Shown here piece by piece: positions 1-11,239 of a stretch of 49,221 nt of DNA. Numbering within the stretch: position 1 is the first letter of the stretch; each line of letters opens with the position of its first letter. Origin of the DNA: Candidatus Aerophobota bacterium. GTDB lineage: Bacteria > Aerophobota > Aerophobia > Aerophobales > JAGGXI01. The stretch spans positions 1 through 49,221 of the forward strand of contig JAGGXI010000072.1 of the NCBI GenBank assembly GCA_021163155.1, given 5' to 3'. Made by a program: the position numbers and the translations under genes. Under the pieces are notes generated by a model. It saw nothing but the letters and a program-made list of their open reading frames with translations, made no database searches and was not told the origin of the DNA.

Positions 1-122
1 GAAATCTGTATAATTTTAAGATTAATCTTTCTGTTATTCATATAGATCATTATCAATCCAAATATTATGGATTTAAAGGTATCCTAAGAATTTAATAAGA
101 TGAGTTTCCTGCAAAAGTTGGT

Positions 123-398
123 TGTCAAGAATATTTCAGGACTTTTCTCCTCCGTCGCTGTTTAAGAGTAAATGGGATGATGGGTTGATGGGATAAAACT
201 TTTTAGTACTATTTTTTATAACTCCTTCATCTTTTCTCTTACTCCCCATTTACTTATTTCCCTTATTTACTTATTTACTTATTTACTTATTTTCCTTATT
301 TACCCCTCTACTCATTCACCCTTCTACTCATCTACTCAAATCTATAATGCTCCTTCGGGGGAAAGTACCTCGATAGCCATATAAATCTCAAACTAATA
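123..398. repeat. Dispersed structured repeat, copy A, interrupted by a ~180-bp periodic-repeat insert
   Basis: 123-161 matches 49080-49118 at 35/39 nt. 342-398 (ctataatgctccttcgggggaaagtacctcgatagccat...) matches 49166-49221. The centre of copy B is replaced here by 162-341. Confidence 0.85.
165..340. repeat. Inverted ~8-nt periodic repeat element
   Basis: Left arm has gggatgat/gggttgat units; right arm has tandem atttactt/atctactc units, roughly the reverse complement. Confidence 0.7.
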
Positions 399-419
399 CT
401 TTCTTATATGATCAAGAGA

Positions 420-520
420 AATGGGTTGATGGGAAAATGGGTTGATGAGTTGATGGGTGAGGGTGTTATTATCTATTCTTTTCCTCATTTACCCATTTAT
501 TCATTTACTCATCTACTTGA
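420..520. repeat. Inverted ~8-nt periodic repeat element just downstream of ruvC
   Basis: atgggttgatggg...gatgagttgatggg faces ctcatttacccatttattcatttactcatctact. Confidence 0.7.
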
Positions 521-532
521 ATTATAAAAAGG

Positions 533-1036
533 TTAGTTATTAGGCAAGAAATTTTCTTCGTATTTTTTAATTTTTCGAGAGTAACAGTGGCAAAGAGCCA
601 CAGCAAGAGCATCAGCAGCATCATCAGGATGAGGAATTTGATGTAAACAGAGCAGTTTTTTAATCATAAACTGAACTTGACTCTTCCCTGCTCTTCCATT
701 ATCAGTTACAGCTTGCTTTATCTCAAGAGGAGTATAACTAAAAATCTTCGCTCCTTTATAAGATGCAGCTAAAATAATTACTCCCCGAGCCTGTCCTATA
801 GAAAGGACAGTCTTACTATTTTTATTAAAAAAAATATCTTCAATGGCTACTTCTTCAGGATGATATTCTTTAATAATATTAATTATTCCCTCATAAATAA
901 TTCTCAATCGATTAGACATTTGGTTATGAGCAGAAGTACGAATACAGCCATATTTTATTACCTGAGGAATCCTTTTTATCTCAAGCAATCCATACCCTGT
1001 AATAGCTGTTCCTGGGTCTATTCCCAAGACAAGCAT
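533..1036 (-). CDS. ruvC: Holliday junction resolvase RuvC
   Basis: LGIDPG, catalytic E in VAIEDIFF and DDAADALAVA motifs; 167 aa. Confidence 0.96.
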   Translation of the reverse strand: MLVLGIDPGTAITGYGLLEIKRIPQVIKYGCIRTSAHNQMSNRLRIIYEGIINIIKEYHPEEVAIEDIFFNKNSKTVLSIGQARGVIILAASYKGAKIFSYTPLEIKQAVTDNGRAGKSQVQFMIKKLLCLHQIPHPDDAADALAVALCHCYSRKIKKYEENFLPNN

Positions 1037-1039
1037 TGG

Positions 1040-2908
1040 TTAATTTCCTTTATCTAATTTTAAAAAAGGATCTTCTCTGGTTATTTTTTTACCTAAAACT
1101 TTCTCTATATCTTCTTTTTCCAAAACTTCCTTCTTCTCTAAAAGTTCAGCTAATTTTATTAATTTGTCCTTATTTTCTCTTAATATCTTTAGTGCTCTAT
1201 CATAACAATTTTGAATTATTCGATGTATCTCTTTATCGATATCGAAAGCTAATTCTTCACTATAATTTTTCTCCTTAAGAAAATCCCTTCCCAAAAAAAC
1301 TTCATTATTCCCTGCACCTAAGGTTACCGGGCCAAGCTTATCACTCATCCCATAATCACAAATCATTTTCCTCGCAAGATGAGTAGCCTGTTGAAGATCA
1401 TTTTGGGCTCCACTACTCACTTCTTTAAACATAATCTCCTCACTGGCGCGTCCTGCAAGAAGAACAATAATTTTGTCTATCAGCTCTGATTTAGTAGCTA
1501 AATATTTGTCTTCCATCGGGAGTTGCAAAGTATATCCTAGAGCGATTGAACCCCGGGGGATGACAGACACTTTATGAATAGGATCAGCAAAGGGAAGATA
1601 ATTTCCTACTAAAGTATGACCACTTTCATGATAAGCAATAATTTTCTTCTCTTTTTTTCGCATAACCCTTGACCTTCTCTCCGGACCGGCTATCACTCTA
1701 TCAATAGCTTCTTCAAATTCTTCCATTCCGGTTTTATCCTTATTCTTACGTGCCGCCAATAAAGAAGCCTCATTAACTAAATTCTCTATATCTGAGCCTA
1801 CAAAACCAGGAGTCCTTCGAGCAAGAACTTTGATATCTACTTCACTAGTTACCGGTTTATCTTTTACATAAAGAGCTAAAATCTCCTCTCTTTCTTTTAA
1901 ATCAGGTATGTTTACAGTGATACGACGGTCAAATCTTCCTGGCCGGAGAAGAGCACTATCTAAAACATCGGGCCGATTAGTTGCTCCTATAATTATAACT
2001 CCCTCACGGGTGTTAAAACCATCCAATTCCACTAAAAGCTGATTTAAAGTCTGCTCTTTTTCATCATGTCCTCCTCCTATGCCAGCAAATCTCTGTCTTC
2101 CTACAGCATCCAACTCATCAATAAAGATAATGCAGGGCGCACTTCTTTTTCCCTGCTCAAATAAATCCCTTACCCGAGAAGCCCCCACTCCTACAAACAT
2201 CTCCACAAAATCAGAACCACTAATACTAAAGAAGGGAACGCCTGCCTCGCCAGCTACTGCCTTTGCTAAAAGAGTTTTACCGCATCCGGGAGGACCCACT
2301 AAAAGTATTCCCTTGGGAATTTTTGCCCCTAATCTCTGAAATCTTTGGGGATTTTTTAAGAAATCGATTATTTCATTTAATTCCTCTTTGGCTTCATTCA
2401 CTCCCGCTACATTCTTAAAAGTTATCTTGACTTTTCCTTTAGAGGATAACTTAGCTCTACTTTTACCAAAAGAAAAGGCTTGATTCCCTCCTCTACCCAT
2501 TTGTCTAACGATATACATCCAAATTCCGACAAAAATTAAAATGGGGAGGAAAGTTCCCAGTAAATTAGTTAACCAGGGAGAGGATTTTTGATGAACCTCA
2601 ATTTCAACTCCATTTTTTCGTAGTATTTTTATCAATTCAGGGTCATTAGGAGTAAAGGTTTTAAATAAAGTAGTTTCATTTATCTTTCCACTTATAAAAT
2701 TTTCCTTTATAGTAACCTTTTTAATCTGATGATTTTCTACCATCCTTAAAAACTGGGTATAGGTAATTTCTGTTTCTCTTATCCCAGTATTAAGATGGAG
2801 AAAGTTGAAAAAGGAAATTATAATTATAAATATTATAAGAAGAAGAAAGAGATCCTTCCCAAACTTATTTTTCATAAAAAAATAATTTTTATTTTTTTTA
2901 TTTTTCAA
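1040..2908 (-). CDS. ftsH: ATP-dependent zinc metalloprotease FtsH
   Basis: Two N-terminal TM segments, GPPGCGKT Walker A, IFIDELD Walker B, RPGRFDR, HESGH zinc motif. TTG start with GAGGA RBS. Confidence 0.97.
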   Translation of the reverse strand: MKNKKNKNYFFMKNKFGKDLFLLLIIFIIIISFFNFLHLNTGIRETEITYTQFLRMVENHQIKKVTIKENFISGKINETTLFKTFTPNDPELIKILRKNGVEIEVHQKSSPWLTNLLGTFLPILIFVGIWMYIVRQMGRGGNQAFSFGKSRAKLSSKGKVKITFKNVAGVNEAKEELNEIIDFLKNPQRFQRLGAKIPKGILLVGPPGCGKTLLAKAVAGEAGVPFFSISGSDFVEMFVGVGASRVRDLFEQGKRSAPCIIFIDELDAVGRQRFAGIGGGHDEKEQTLNQLLVELDGFNTREGVIIIGATNRPDVLDSALLRPGRFDRRITVNIPDLKEREEILALYVKDKPVTSEVDIKVLARRTPGFVGSDIENLVNEASLLAARKNKDKTGMEEFEEAIDRVIAGPERRSRVMRKKEKKIIAYHESGHTLVGNYLPFADPIHKVSVIPRGSIALGYTLQLPMEDKYLATKSELIDKIIVLLAGRASEEIMFKEVSSGAQNDLQQATHLARKMICDYGMSDKLGPVTLGAGNNEVFLGRDFLKEKNYSEELAFDIDKEIHRIIQNCYDRALKILRENKDKLIKLAELLEKKEVLEKEDIEKVLGKKITREDPFLKLDKGN

Positions 2909-3064
2909 TTTTTCCTCTATATAAGTTAATTTCTATAAAATTTAAATTTTCTATTTAAATCGTCTTTGCTAAACCTTAAACAACATCTAATTACCAAAAT
3001 AAAGCCTGTTTTGAATTTTGATATTAAAATTTAGTATTTCGCCTTTTTTAGAAAATCTTACCTA

Positions 3065-3092
3065 ATTTTAGCATAAATATAAAAGAATACAA
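3065..3092 (-). promoter_or_regulatory. Putative sigma70-type promoter for ftsH
   Basis: Minus strand TTGTAT-N16-TAAAAT with TGn extended -10. Confidence 0.5.
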
Positions 3093-3095
3093 GCC

Positions 3096-4729
<1,634 letters not shown>

Positions 4730-4737
<8 letters not shown>

Positions 4738-5227
4738 ATAAAATTCCCCCTTTTATTTGACTCTTTCCTTTAGCAAGTTCATCCTTGTATCTCTTTATTT
4801 TATTTTCTATCTTTGGAGAAGAAAGAGAGAGTATTTGAATAGCCAAAATAGCTGCATTCTTTGCTCCTGCTGCCCCTATAGCCATGCAAGCTACAGGTAC
4901 CCCAGCAGGCATTTGTACTGTAGAATATAAAGCATCCACACCCTGCAAAGGTGAAGAATTTAAAGGAACAGCAATTACGGGAAGAGTTGTATTGGCAGCA
5001 ATTGCTCCTGCTAAATGAGCCGCTCCTCCCGCTCCAGCGATAACAACCTTGATTCCTCTTTCTCTAAGACTCTTTGCATATTTTAAAGTAAAATCTGGCA
5101 TTCGATGAGCTGATAAAACCTTTATTTCATAAGGAATATCAAATTTATCCAGCATCTTCAAACAATTTTCCATTATAGAATAATCAGATTGACTTCCCAT
5201 CGTTACACTTACTTGAGGTATAACCAC
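4730..5227 (-). CDS. purE: N5-CAIR mutase PurE
   Basis: MGSQSD, SAHR, AGAGGAAHL and QMPAGVPVA motifs. Confidence 0.96.
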
Positions 5228-5396
5228 TAAAATCTCCTTCTTAATAATTCAGAATTGAGAAATAAAAAAATATGATGAACCTCTCTTACTTTTCACTTCT
5301 TCGCAGGCTCTGAGCCTTGCAGCTACCGTCTCACTTCTCACTTTTATTTTCCCTTTAATCCTGCTTTTTTGCCTCTTGCCTCTTACTTCTTACTTC

Positions 5397-7709
5397 TTAG
5401 GGAATATCCTTCGGCAGCAAAGTATCCAAGACTTCAATGGATTTTTTTATCTTAGTTTGATAATAGGGAGTATCAATTACTGTTATTTCATTATTACAAA
5501 GTATAATATTCCCTTTATCTGATAAAAAACGGCGAACAATAGGAATGATATCCGAAGTTTCTACATGCTTTAACTTGTAGGTTCTTCTTTCTTTCCATCT
5601 GTTAAACTTATCTATAGCAAGAATTTTTTGTTTAATTCTCTTTAAAGGATAGGAAGCTTCCTGAAGTACAAATTCGTTTTTCTCTTCATCTTTACTCAAA
5701 ACCTTAGCCTCGAAAGATTTAAGTTCTCCTATTATCTCTATGATTTGGGAAAGAGGAGCATATTTTAAATGAATAATCTCCTCTCTCTTCTCTTTTTCAA
5801 AATTATCAAAACAAGTTAACTTCTCTTTAATTAAAGCCAAATGATAAGAAGAATCCTTCGCAAAAATAGAATTCTCTTCCTCATCAACTTTAACTTCTCC
5901 TTTATCAGACAAAAAAGGAATTATCTTTTTAGACAAAGGAGCAGCAAAACAGTATTTTGCTTGATAACTCATCTCCTCAGGTTGATATATATCAAATTTT
6001 TTAATATTTTTCTTTACTTCATCCAGATGCCATTTCAGAGCGATAACCACCAGAGCATTTCTGTCAGCATCTACCTTTATAGTAGCCTTATTACAAAGAA
6101 CAGAAGAGAGTGTCTTCTTAAACTCTTCTGATGAATAAAGTATATCAGCTTTTACATATTTTAAGAAAAATACTTCGCTCTTTTTTTGGGAGTTAAAATC
6201 ATCCAATTTTGCTATTTTCTCAGCTATTTTCTGAATCACCCAGTTATTATCTACCACCATTAACCTGTTCTTTTTTATATAAATATTTCCCCGAGGGGAG
6301 AGAATTTTTTTTAAAAGAGGGGTAATAAATTCACCTCTTTGAATATACTTTAAAGAAAAGCTCTTTCTTTGTAACTTTTGATTATGTTTTTCAAGAGAGG
6401 CTAAAGCTTCCTTTATTCTCATTAATTGATATGCTCCATCCTCTATTATTAAATTATACTTTTCCTTATTCATACGGATATTTCCTTTTGAAGAAAGCAA
6501 AGGAGAAAGAGCTTCTTTTGCTTCTTCAAGAGAAGAATATCTCAGGGGAAAGACTTTTTCTCTTCTTTGCTCTTTAAAAGTACCCATCCTGCTTAACATC
6601 TTCTGGATTACCTCTACTTTATCTTCAGAATCCCTTACTAAAATTGAATTAGAAGGAGCCTCTTTGGGATTTATCTCCATTGTTCCCTGAGAAGAAATAA
6701 TCCCTTTGATTTGATTAGCCATCTCTTCTGCAATAGCATATCTAAAGGAAAAAACTTTCTTACATCTTCCCTTTATCTCCCTCGGTTTAAGTATATGAGG
6801 AGTCACTGTTATAAGAAGGTTTTTTGTCGATGTTGCCGTCTTCTTACTCTTAAAAATATCACCTATAATAGGAAGGTCGGAAAGAATAGGAAGACCTTTT
6901 TCTGTCTTTTCTTTCTTCTTTATTACCAACCCTCCAATAATGATAGGCTCGTCACTCCTTACAGTGATGTTGGTAGGGGATACCTGACGAGAAAAAACAG
7001 GACGCTCTGTCCCAAATTCTTCAGTACTGTAATCACTCACTACAGGGATAATAGACATTTGAACATATTCTTTCCCTATAATTTTAGGAAGCACTTGAAG
7101 AACTATTCCTACGGTGACATAAGTATACTCTTTAGTCTCTTCACTTATTCCCGCTTCTGTTGTAGTAGTGACCTTGGAAAGATAAGAAACATCTTCAACA
7201 TTATAAATGCCGGCTACCTCTCCACTTATGGTGGTTACCCGAGGTTCTGAGAGAACTTTTGCTTCCCCTTTAGAGACAAGCATATTTAAAAGAGCCTGGA
7301 ATTCTTCCTCTCCGCTTACTAATCTATAGAAATTAAAACTGAAGCCACCTATACTTTTATTTCCTATTTCTGTAAGCGTCTTAGGGCCGTACTCCAAAAT
7401 AGTTCCCTCACCTTCAGTTCCTTTAGGAGTTTCGATGCCTGTTTTCCTCTCTATATATGCACCAAAATTCTGAGCGCCACTTTTTGTAAGCTCTAATACT
7501 CTTGCCTTAATTTGAATCTGTCTTGTCTCTAAAGGAAATTGAGGGATCATCTTCTCTATCTCTTTTAATTTCTCCCTGGGAGCTCTTACCGTAATTCTTC
7601 CCGTAGAAGTATCCACCATAATGGAGGGTTCTGCAAAAACTTTAAAATTAAAGAAAGAAAAAAAAATCATTATTAAGAAAAGTACCCCTACTATTTTAAT
7701 TTTTCTCAT
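5397..7709 (-). CDS. Secretin (PilQ/GspD family) with atypical domain order: signal peptide, half N-domain, secretin barrel, then ~7 C-terminal secretin N-domain repeats
   Basis: QIQIKARVLE, KVLSEPRVTT, VGIVLQVLPKI, IIIGGL, GLPILSDLPIIGDIFK and LLITVTPHIL fall in aa ~63-310. They are followed by ~62-68 aa repeats of the form FxLKY..LSxKG..N.L...D....I..I..LD. Confidence 0.88.
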   Translation of the reverse strand: MRKIKIVGVLFLIMIFFSFFNFKVFAEPSIMVDTSTGRITVRAPREKLKEIEKMIPQFPLETRQIQIKARVLELTKSGAQNFGAYIERKTGIETPKGTEGEGTILEYGPKTLTEIGNKSIGGFSFNFYRLVSGEEEFQALLNMLVSKGEAKVLSEPRVTTISGEVAGIYNVEDVSYLSKVTTTTEAGISEETKEYTYVTVGIVLQVLPKIIGKEYVQMSIIPVVSDYSTEEFGTERPVFSRQVSPTNITVRSDEPIIIGGLVIKKKEKTEKGLPILSDLPIIGDIFKSKKTATSTKNLLITVTPHILKPREIKGRCKKVFSFRYAIAEEMANQIKGIISSQGTMEINPKEAPSNSILVRDSEDKVEVIQKMLSRMGTFKEQRREKVFPLRYSSLEEAKEALSPLLSSKGNIRMNKEKYNLIIEDGAYQLMRIKEALASLEKHNQKLQRKSFSLKYIQRGEFITPLLKKILSPRGNIYIKKNRLMVVDNNWVIQKIAEKIAKLDDFNSQKKSEVFFLKYVKADILYSSEEFKKTLSSVLCNKATIKVDADRNALVVIALKWHLDEVKKNIKKFDIYQPEEMSYQAKYCFAAPLSKKIIPFLSDKGEVKVDEEENSIFAKDSSYHLALIKEKLTCFDNFEKEKREEIIHLKYAPLSQIIEIIGELKSFEAKVLSKDEEKNEFVLQEASYPLKRIKQKILAIDKFNRWKERRTYKLKHVETSDIIPIVRRFLSDKGNIILCNNEITVIDTPYYQTKIKKSIEVLDTLLPKDIP

Positions 7710-7770
7710 TTTTCTCCCTCTAATACTGTTTTTTCTCTTTTTTGTTTTTTCCCCTTTAATCCTCTAATCC

Positions 7771-9588
7771 TTACTTTCCGGGCCCTATTGTCCCTAAATT
7801 AATGTTTGGTGAAGGGACACTCATATTCATCCATTGACCTTTTTTCTCTGTTAATTCCATTCCTTTTATATTTTCAGGTTTCACTCCAATCATATTGGCT
7901 ATAGTAATAGCTATATTATCCAGGGAACCTTCTTCAATATAAAATGTTTTGGTGGTTATCTCTTCTCCCATAGAAGAGCTATTCAGTTTTGAAATTTCCT
8001 TATTTATTTTAGGAATATTCCTTTTTAAATCAGTTATATAAATTGTATTTCTGTTTTCATAAAGTCTATTATTCTTAGGGGAACTATTCTTTTCTTGAGA
8101 TTTAAATTTAACTTCTTCTTTGCTCTCATCTTGAGGAATGATAATATAATCTTCCTCAACATTTTTCTTTTTCTCTTCAACATCTTTAACTTGAGGTAAA
8201 GATATTTTCCCGTATTCGCTAATTACATTTCGAAGAAAATATTCAGCCTCCCTGGCAGTCAAATATTCCAAAGTGTATCCCTTTGTAGTTAACTGAGAGC
8301 TTAAAACATCTACCTTATTAATTAATTCATCAACCTTTTTTAAATACTTTTCTACATCTGAAACTACAATAGTATCTGTCTTTTCATCTATCTCCACCTT
8401 ACCTTTATCCGAGAGAAGCTCCTCTATTTCTCTTGCTGTTTGAGAGAGGGGAGCAAACTTTATTCTATAAGTTTTCCTCTGGGGTTTAAAAGAATCCATC
8501 TCTCCAACAATTTTCTTTATTTTCTCTAAATTATAAGAAAAATCCTTTACTATAAGAAAAGACCTCTCCTTATCCTCCTTTAATTCTCCATAAGAGGATA
8601 GTCTCTCTTTAATAGAGGAGGACACTCTCTTTATTTGGGCATACTTTATCTGAAAATCCTCTTCCTTCATTTGCATCTGGGGATTATCTATACTTAAGAT
8701 AAAATCCTTTATTCTCTTTAAGTTATAAGAGGAGTCTGTAACTATAAGCTCATTTTTATCTTTGTTCACACTTATCTTTCCTTTAGAGCTAAGATAAGAG
8801 GGGATAAGCCTGGAAACTTCATCTGCTAAAGCAAATTTAAGGGAGAAAATTTTTAAAGTTGCCTTAAATACATCCAGAGAGGGGATAAAAGAGGATATCT
8901 CCTTCATTTTACAAGCAACATCTCTTACAAGAAGAGAATTGGCTAAAGAATTAACCTCAATTCCCCCTGTTTCACTTAAATAACTCTTTAAAATAGAGGC
9001 AGCTTTTTCAGCCTCAATAAAATTTAAGGAAAAGTTTTTTTCTCGCATCTGCCTTGCAGGCTCATCTATCTTTAAGATAGCATCCTCTATATTTTTAAAA
9101 TTCTCCTTAATATCGGTAACTATTAAAATATTTGTCTCCTCATTCACCTTAAGAATTCCCTTAGGAGAGAGAAATGATTTAATAGAAGATGCCTGTTCAG
9201 TAGCCAAAGCATACTTTAAGGGGAAATCCTTTGTGAGAAGAGAAACTTTTGCCTTGACCACCTTTATAACATTGTTATCTACTATCTGGTAATCGCAATC
9301 ACTTCCCTTAAGAATGATTTGAAGAGCTTTTAATGCAGGAATGGGCCTGGGGAAACTCGCTGTTACTTTTCCTTCTACATCAGGACCTATAATCATATTT
9401 AAACCTGTTTTAAGAGATATAGCATGTAGAGCATCTCTTAAATTAATATCTGTAAAATTTAAAAAGATATCTTCACTCTGATAAGATATCTTACTGATAT
9501 TGGGGGAGGAACCAAAACAAGAAGAATCTAAAGTAATTATTCCTACCAGTAATCCTAAAAATATCCATACTTTTATTACCTTCATCAT
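7771..9588 (-). CDS. Secretin periplasmic part only: signal peptide, N0/STN-like domain, ~6 N-domain repeats and a terminal half repeat; no beta-barrel
   Basis: LNFTDINLRDALHAIS..GLNMII..DVEGKVT (N0-like), then repeated FxLKY/F..LSxKG..N.LIVTD units. It occupies the pilQ position after pilP. Confidence 0.82.
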   Translation of the reverse strand: MMKVIKVWIFLGLLVGIITLDSSCFGSSPNISKISYQSEDIFLNFTDINLRDALHAISLKTGLNMIIGPDVEGKVTASFPRPIPALKALQIILKGSDCDYQIVDNNVIKVVKAKVSLLTKDFPLKYALATEQASSIKSFLSPKGILKVNEETNILIVTDIKENFKNIEDAILKIDEPARQMREKNFSLNFIEAEKAASILKSYLSETGGIEVNSLANSLLVRDVACKMKEISSFIPSLDVFKATLKIFSLKFALADEVSRLIPSYLSSKGKISVNKDKNELIVTDSSYNLKRIKDFILSIDNPQMQMKEEDFQIKYAQIKRVSSSIKERLSSYGELKEDKERSFLIVKDFSYNLEKIKKIVGEMDSFKPQRKTYRIKFAPLSQTAREIEELLSDKGKVEIDEKTDTIVVSDVEKYLKKVDELINKVDVLSSQLTTKGYTLEYLTAREAEYFLRNVISEYGKISLPQVKDVEEKKKNVEEDYIIIPQDESKEEVKFKSQEKNSSPKNNRLYENRNTIYITDLKRNIPKINKEISKLNSSSMGEEITTKTFYIEEGSLDNIAITIANMIGVKPENIKGMELTEKKGQWMNMSVPSPNINLGTIGPGK

Positions 9589-10020
9589 CTATCTCCCTAT
9601 TTTTAATTTAATCACCCCATCTTTTCCTATTAAAATGACTTCTCCTGTATCCCTTTTAATCTCAGATATTACAAAATTCTTTATAATATCTCCTCTTTTC
9701 ACAATCCATATCTTCTTTTCCTCTTGAATAATGGCAAGTATTCCTTTCTCATCTCCCACCAAACCCACTAACTTATATTTTGAATTTAGTAATATTTTAG
9801 GAGAAACTGCTAACTTATTAGGTTTAGAAGATTTATAGACTCTCTTTTTGCTTAATAGAGATACGAAAGGGTCTCTTCTCTCTTCACTTTTATATTGAAA
9901 AAAGGACGAGGAAAAATTTGTCCCTTTATCTACCTCTTTTTCTTCTTTTGCCAGAGAAATATTAATATTAAAAGAAGAGATAAGGATTATCTCTAAAATC
10001 ACCAAAAAAATATATCTCAT
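9589..10020 (-). CDS. PilP-like pilus assembly protein
   Basis: Y....RRDPF motif and a C-terminal LVGLV..AII..IVKRGD.I beta domain; lies after pilO. Confidence 0.75.
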   Translation of the reverse strand: MRYIFLVILEIILISSFNINISLAKEEKEVDKGTNFSSSFFQYKSEERRDPFVSLLSKKRVYKSSKPNKLAVSPKILLNSKYKLVGLVGDEKGILAIIQEEKKIWIVKRGDIIKNFVISEIKRDTGEVILIGKDGVIKLKIGR

Positions 10021-10673
10021 TCCCTTTTCCTATTAACTGCTAAAGCAGGGCCTTCTTTCTTTCCTTCACTAACCTTAGGAGTAGGCTTAAAAGAGGATTC
10101 TTTGTAAGTATACATTAAAAGGACCATTTCTATATCTATGGTATTTTTTTTATTCAACTTTTTACTTTCTTCTGTTGTGGTCAATCCTTTTATCCTAATC
10201 TCTTCCACATTAAAAGGAACCATTGCTTTTTTTCTGTTTATATCTGAAAGAAGCATACCTAAAGCATGATAAGTAGAATAAAAATGCATTCTTACCGGAA
10301 GATAGTTATAATACTTTCCCTTGACTATCTGTTGAGGAACTATTTTTATATAATCAATGCCGTATATTTGTGCTTTAACCCCTATTTCTTGAAGGAAAAA
10401 GTATATCTGATCTTCCGTAGAAAGACTTTCTTCTAGAGAAGAGACTCTTGCTTTTGTCTCCTCATATTTACGTTCTATTTCACCATGTTTATAAACTTCT
10501 TTTTGGGCTCGATTAAGAATTAAATTATCCTCGCTTATCTGCCTTCTTATTTTTTTAAGGAGTTTAATCTGAGGAAGATAAAAACCCCAATAAAAAGTGC
10601 AAATTATAGCTAAGCACACTCCTAATCCTATTACTATTCTACCTTTTGGCGTTAAAAAAGATAGTTTACTCAC
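10017..10673 (-). CDS. pilO: Type IV pilus assembly protein PilO
   Basis: N-terminal TM, coiled coil, YNYLPVRM..STYHALG pattern; pilMNOP synteny. Confidence 0.85.
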   Translation of the reverse strand: MSKLSFLTPKGRIVIGLGVCLAIICTFYWGFYLPQIKLLKKIRRQISEDNLILNRAQKEVYKHGEIERKYEETKARVSSLEESLSTEDQIYFFLQEIGVKAQIYGIDYIKIVPQQIVKGKYYNYLPVRMHFYSTYHALGMLLSDINRKKAMVPFNVEEIRIKGLTTTEESKKLNKKNTIDIEMVLLMYTYKESSFKPTPKVSEGKKEGPALAVNRKRE

Positions 10674-11239
10674 TGCTCTTCCTCTCCAAAAAGTTTCAAA
10701 CTACAATTTAGCTTAAATTCCATCACTCCTGTTCCATCTATCACTCTTCTGGATATCTCGGAAAGATTTATTCGGTTAAAAAGAGAAGAATTATTTAAAT
10801 TCTCCATAAACTTAGCTATATCCACAGTCTGGTTGAAACTATATCCCCGAATATTAACCATTCTCTCTTTATTCTTAGGGATTTGTGTAAGTTCAGCTAA
10901 CCAGATATTATCTGGTAAGGACTTACTTATTACATAAAGAATTTGAGGCCAGGAAGGTCGATTGGCCACTAATTTCCTAAGATTATTAAGATGGGAGGTG
11001 ATTTCGGCTTCCTTAGCTTTCAATTCTTTTAATTCCACTAATAAAGGCTGGTATTTTTTAATTTCACTTTTAATTAAATTTGATTGTCTTACAGCTATTT
11101 TAACCTCTTCTTTAACGGAGAAAAAAAGGGAAAGACAAATTAAAACAATGGTTACAGCGGATATGGAAATAAAAATAGCGAAAGCCTTTATTCCTTTACG
11201 TTTAAGCGCTTGTTCAGGTAATAGATTTATCTCTATCAT
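10670..11239 (-). CDS. pilN: Type IV pilus assembly protein PilN
   Basis: N-terminal INLLP motif, TM, coiled coil, LPDNIWL. Confidence 0.92.
   Translation of the reverse strand: MIEINLLPEQALKRKGIKAFAIFISISAVTIVLICLSLFFSVKEEVKIAVRQSNLIKSEIKKYQPLLVELKELKAKEAEITSHLNNLRKLVANRPSWPQILYVISKSLPDNIWLAELTQIPKNKERMVNIRGYSFNQTVDIAKFMENLNNSSLFNRINLSEISRRVIDGTGVMEFKLNCSLKLFGEEEQ

Noticed and set aside
241-340. Tandem atttactt units as a possible CRISPR array
   Set aside because: Units are ~8 nt with no unique spacers, and there are no cas genes in the window.
7710-7770. Secretin split as a frameshift or pseudogene artefact
   Set aside because: The downstream gene has its own RBS, ATG and hydrophobic signal peptide, and the spacer does not look like decayed coding sequence. 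A read check is still advisable.
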